A stretch of 27,605 bases of DNA from a virus. Lineage: Duplodnaviria > Caudoviricetes. Within the stretch, counting starts at the first letter, position 1. Every line of letters begins with the position of its first letter. The translations under genes were made by a program, and so were the position numbers. Below are positions 24,774 through 27,605 of this stretch, one piece after another. The stretch is taken from positions 1 to 27,605 of the IMG/VR virus record IMGVR_UViG_3300032360_000041. One strand, 5' to 3'. A model generated the notes under the pieces. It was not told the DNA's origin. It saw only the letters and a program-made list of their open reading frames with translations, and ran no database searches.

Positions 24774-27332
24774 ATGAGTTATTATTTAGGTTACGAACCA
24801 AGTCAGGGTGATGCTATAATTGATACGTTTATATGTGATGGCATTACTGATATCTATACGTTAAGACAAGAACCAGCAAATCTTGATACTTTAGAAGTTT
24901 CAGTTGGCGGGTTAATGCAAAGTGATGTTGCCTATACTATATTAGCTTCTAATGGTAATCGTGATATACAAATACCAGGTGTTGCTGTAGATACAAAAAT
25001 AATTGTAAGACAGCATGGTGAAAGATATGCCGTTGGTACTGTTTCTGCTAATTCGATACTTACAGGTCAAATTAAAGACGATCAAATTACGACACCTAAA
25101 ATTCTTGATGCTAACGTAACTAATTCTAAAATACTTTCTTTAGATGCTACTAAATTAACAGGTCTTCATCCTGGAGTTACTCCTGCACAATTTGGTTTAC
25201 AGTATGGTCAATGGCAACCAACCCTAACGACACACGGAACTGTTGAATCTAATAAATCTTATTGGGTAGATACGACAAGTTCACCATATTTAAATTCATT
25301 TCAAGATTCAAGTGGTAATACGCAACCCGGTATAGATGAGAGTTTTCAAGCACATACAGTTCATTGGTGGGATTCTGGTTCTTTAACAAATGATGATCCT
25401 CCTGCTACAATGATTGATACTGTAAATTATAAAGTGGGCGCTAAGTCAATGCTTTTTAATAATGCATCGTCACAAAATATTCAAATAGCAGAAGTTGGTT
25501 TTGACCATCAAGATTGGAATTTTGGAACTGATCCTTTTACAATTGAAATGTGGATACGACCAGAGAGGTTTGACAATAAAGCTATGATTGGGTTTGCAGG
25601 TCATAGTATAGAAATGAGATTGGACTATGACGCATCTGATCCAGATGTAGGACATCTTGTGTATCAAAATAATAATTCAACTTACAGATCATCATACGCA
25701 AATTCAGGTACTAATATATTAGCTCGTGGTCAAGACGCGCGCACGAATGGTCTTATAAAAAAAGATGAATGGGCTCATGTAGCTGTTACCAGAAATGAAA
25801 ATAATGGTATGACAATGTGGATAAATGGCATTAATGCATATACCGGTTGGAATATGGCAAAGCAACCCTACCAAGATGATGCATACGGTCACTACCAAAT
25901 GGATACATTTAGTGGAGCTGATTCTTCAAGAACTGCAGGAACATATCTTAATGTAACAGGTACAAGTAATGGAATATCAAGAGGGGTCACAGGTAGTGGT
26001 AATAATGATGGTATATTACCAACAGTAGGAACATTTGATATTGTTGTTAACAGTTCAGGTGATGTTACAAATGTATATGTTAGAACACCCGGTCGAGGAC
26101 ATAGAATTGACGATACAATTACAATTGCAGATGTTGACTTAGGTGGTGGTGGAGCCGCAGACTTTACAATGGAGGTACAATATATTACTCCCAACTGGGG
26201 TTCTGGAAATATACCAGTTGATAATACTGATTATACAACTAGTGGTGGTGGTCTTGTAATTGGTAACGATTCAAGTAATAATTATTTTAAAGGTAATATA
26301 GATCATGTTCGTATTTCAAAAGTTGCAAGATATGGTGGAACATTGGCCAATGGAGACGATAGTACAGTAAATTTTACACCACCAACAGAACCTTGGAAAC
26401 CAGATGAAGATACGCTGTTAATACTTAATGTAGATGATGCACGAATGCCAGTAACGATTGGTATTGACCATAGTACTGGTGGAACAAATGGTGCAAAAGG
26501 TGCTCCAGAACTTGATTCAACAATAACAAAGTTTGGATCAAGTTCTATGAAGTTTGATGGTGATGGAGATTTCATAAAACAAGCTATGTCTGACAAGTGG
26601 GCTTTTGGTACAGGAGATTTTACTGTAGAGGCCTGGATCTATAAAACTGAAAATCAAGATCAACCAATTGTAGGTAATACTACTGTAGGTGGAACAAATC
26701 AAACTAGTTGGAGAATGAAAACCTTTAATGTTAATTCAACAATGTGCGGTATGACATTTGGAACATCTCAAACTAATCATCTTACTAGTCAGAATGAAGT
26801 AAATTTTCCTATGAATGAATGGGCTCATTTAGCTGCTGTTAGATATAATGGAATGTTAACTTGTTTTATAAATGGTATAGAATCATCTTCACCAACTGCT
26901 AATACAACTGATTATAATCAACGTAATGAATTGTGGATTGGTGCAGTAACAGACTTATTGACAACTAGTATGTTTAATGGTTATATTGATGAAGTAAGAA
27001 TTAGTAATATTGCAAGATATTGGGGAGCGTCTTTTTCATTAGCTACTGAACCTCATATTGCTGATTCTAATACATTGTCTTTATTTCGTATGGAACAATC
27101 ACAATTGAATATAACTCTACCTCCTTCGCCAATTGCAAATGATGTAATAAATATTTGGGATATTGGAGGTCAATGTGAAACCAATCCAGTTCATCTCTTA
27201 GGTAATGGTAAAAAAATATCATCTGGAGGTGTTACCTTGAACGTAGATGATATTATGGCTCTTGATAGTAATAGTTTCTTTGCTACTTTAGTTTATAAAG
27301 ATACAACGCATGGGTGGTTATTAGTTCCGTAA
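24774..27332 (+). CDS. Fibre/adhesin with two LamG (ConA-like) domains
   Basis: FGT..FTIE.WI, W.H.A.VR, L.IG...F.G.ID.VRIS..ARY occurs twice; MSYYLG leader; split gp9/10-like domain. Confidence 0.85.
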   Translation: MSYYLGYEPSQGDAIIDTFICDGITDIYTLRQEPANLDTLEVSVGGLMQSDVAYTILASNGNRDIQIPGVAVDTKIIVRQHGERYAVGTVSANSILTGQIKDDQITTPKILDANVTNSKILSLDATKLTGLHPGVTPAQFGLQYGQWQPTLTTHGTVESNKSYWVDTTSSPYLNSFQDSSGNTQPGIDESFQAHTVHWWDSGSLTNDDPPATMIDTVNYKVGAKSMLFNNASSQNIQIAEVGFDHQDWNFGTDPFTIEMWIRPERFDNKAMIGFAGHSIEMRLDYDASDPDVGHLVYQNNNSTYRSSYANSGTNILARGQDARTNGLIKKDEWAHVAVTRNENNGMTMWINGINAYTGWNMAKQPYQDDAYGHYQMDTFSGADSSRTAGTYLNVTGTSNGISRGVTGSGNNDGILPTVGTFDIVVNSSGDVTNVYVRTPGRGHRIDDTITIADVDLGGGGAADFTMEVQYITPNWGSGNIPVDNTDYTTSGGGLVIGNDSSNNYFKGNIDHVRISKVARYGGTLANGDDSTVNFTPPTEPWKPDEDTLLILNVDDARMPVTIGIDHSTGGTNGAKGAPELDSTITKFGSSSMKFDGDGDFIKQAMSDKWAFGTGDFTVEAWIYKTENQDQPIVGNTTVGGTNQTSWRMKTFNVNSTMCGMTFGTSQTNHLTSQNEVNFPMNEWAHLAAVRYNGMLTCFINGIESSSPTANTTDYNQRNELWIGAVTDLLTTSMFNGYIDEVRISNIARYWGASFSLATEPHIADSNTLSLFRMEQSQLNITLPPSPIANDVINIWDIGGQCETNPVHLLGNGKKISSGGVTLNVDDIMALDSNSFFATLVYKDTTHGWLLVP

Positions 27333-27360
27333 ATTATAATATTTTATATGAAGGGGTGAA

Positions 27361-27605
27361 ATGAGAATTAAAAATATATGTATTGTTGGTGGTGGTAGTT
27401 CAGGATGGATGACAGCGGCGACTCTTACGAAGATGTTGCCTGATATGAATGTTACACTTATTGAATCGAAAAATATAAGTACAGTAGGTGTTGGTGAATC
27501 AACATTAACTTATATTAATAAATTTTTAAAGTTACTTGGTCTTAAAGATGAAGATTGGATGTCGTATTGTAATGCGACATATAAAACATCAATCAAGTTT
27601 ACAGA
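27361..27605 (+). CDS. Flavin-dependent halogenase (tryptophan halogenase/PrnA family), N-terminal part; not in ORF track
   Basis: MRIKNICIVGGGSSGWMTAA (FAD-binding GxGxxG), TLIES...VGVGEST, and DWM..CNATYKTSIKF with the Lys at the catalytic position. Frame open to the window end; GGGG/GGTG SD-like sequence upstream. Confidence 0.9.
   Translation, partial: MRIKNICIVGGGSSGWMTAATLTKMLPDMNVTLIESKNISTVGVGESTLTYINKFLKLLGLKDEDWMSYCNATYKTSIKFT

Noticed and set aside
25284-27101. Intein or intron explaining the large insertion
   Set aside because: The insert is in frame, encodes LamG domains, and lacks Hint splice-junction or homing-endonuclease motifs.
2318-27605. Stop-codon reassignment
   Set aside because: Genes are full length and densely packed under the standard code; TAA, TAG and TGA all end genes at sensible positions.

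Overview
Segment of an AT-rich T4-like myovirus genome. The gene set resembles marine cyanophage/pelagiphage-type T4 relatives, but the host cannot be determined from this window. Bases 1-2098 are a minus-strand string of small, translationally coupled hypothetical (early-type) genes behind a near-consensus sigma70 promoter. A 105-bp dyad-symmetric repeat element (2154-2258) sits at the strand switch. The plus strand, under T4 late-promoter motifs (TATAAATA), carries a Coq4-motif protein, a putative capsid-internal protein, an uncalled 47-aa basic protein, the baseplate genes gp25-gp6-gp7-gp8 and a 1793-aa DUF4815/VrlC-like structural protein. A ~12.5-kb cluster of fibre, adaptor, receptor-binding and chaperone genes follows. 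Their short terminal motifs recur in a way that suggests a recursive, branched docking system. The cluster also holds a 2OG-Fe(II) oxygenase, a fibre with three-level nested domain insertion and, at the right edge, the start of a flavin-dependent (tryptophan-halogenase-family) halogenase missing from the ORF track. No tRNA, CRISPR, integrase or reverse transcriptase was seen. All family assignments are by motif recognition, not database search.
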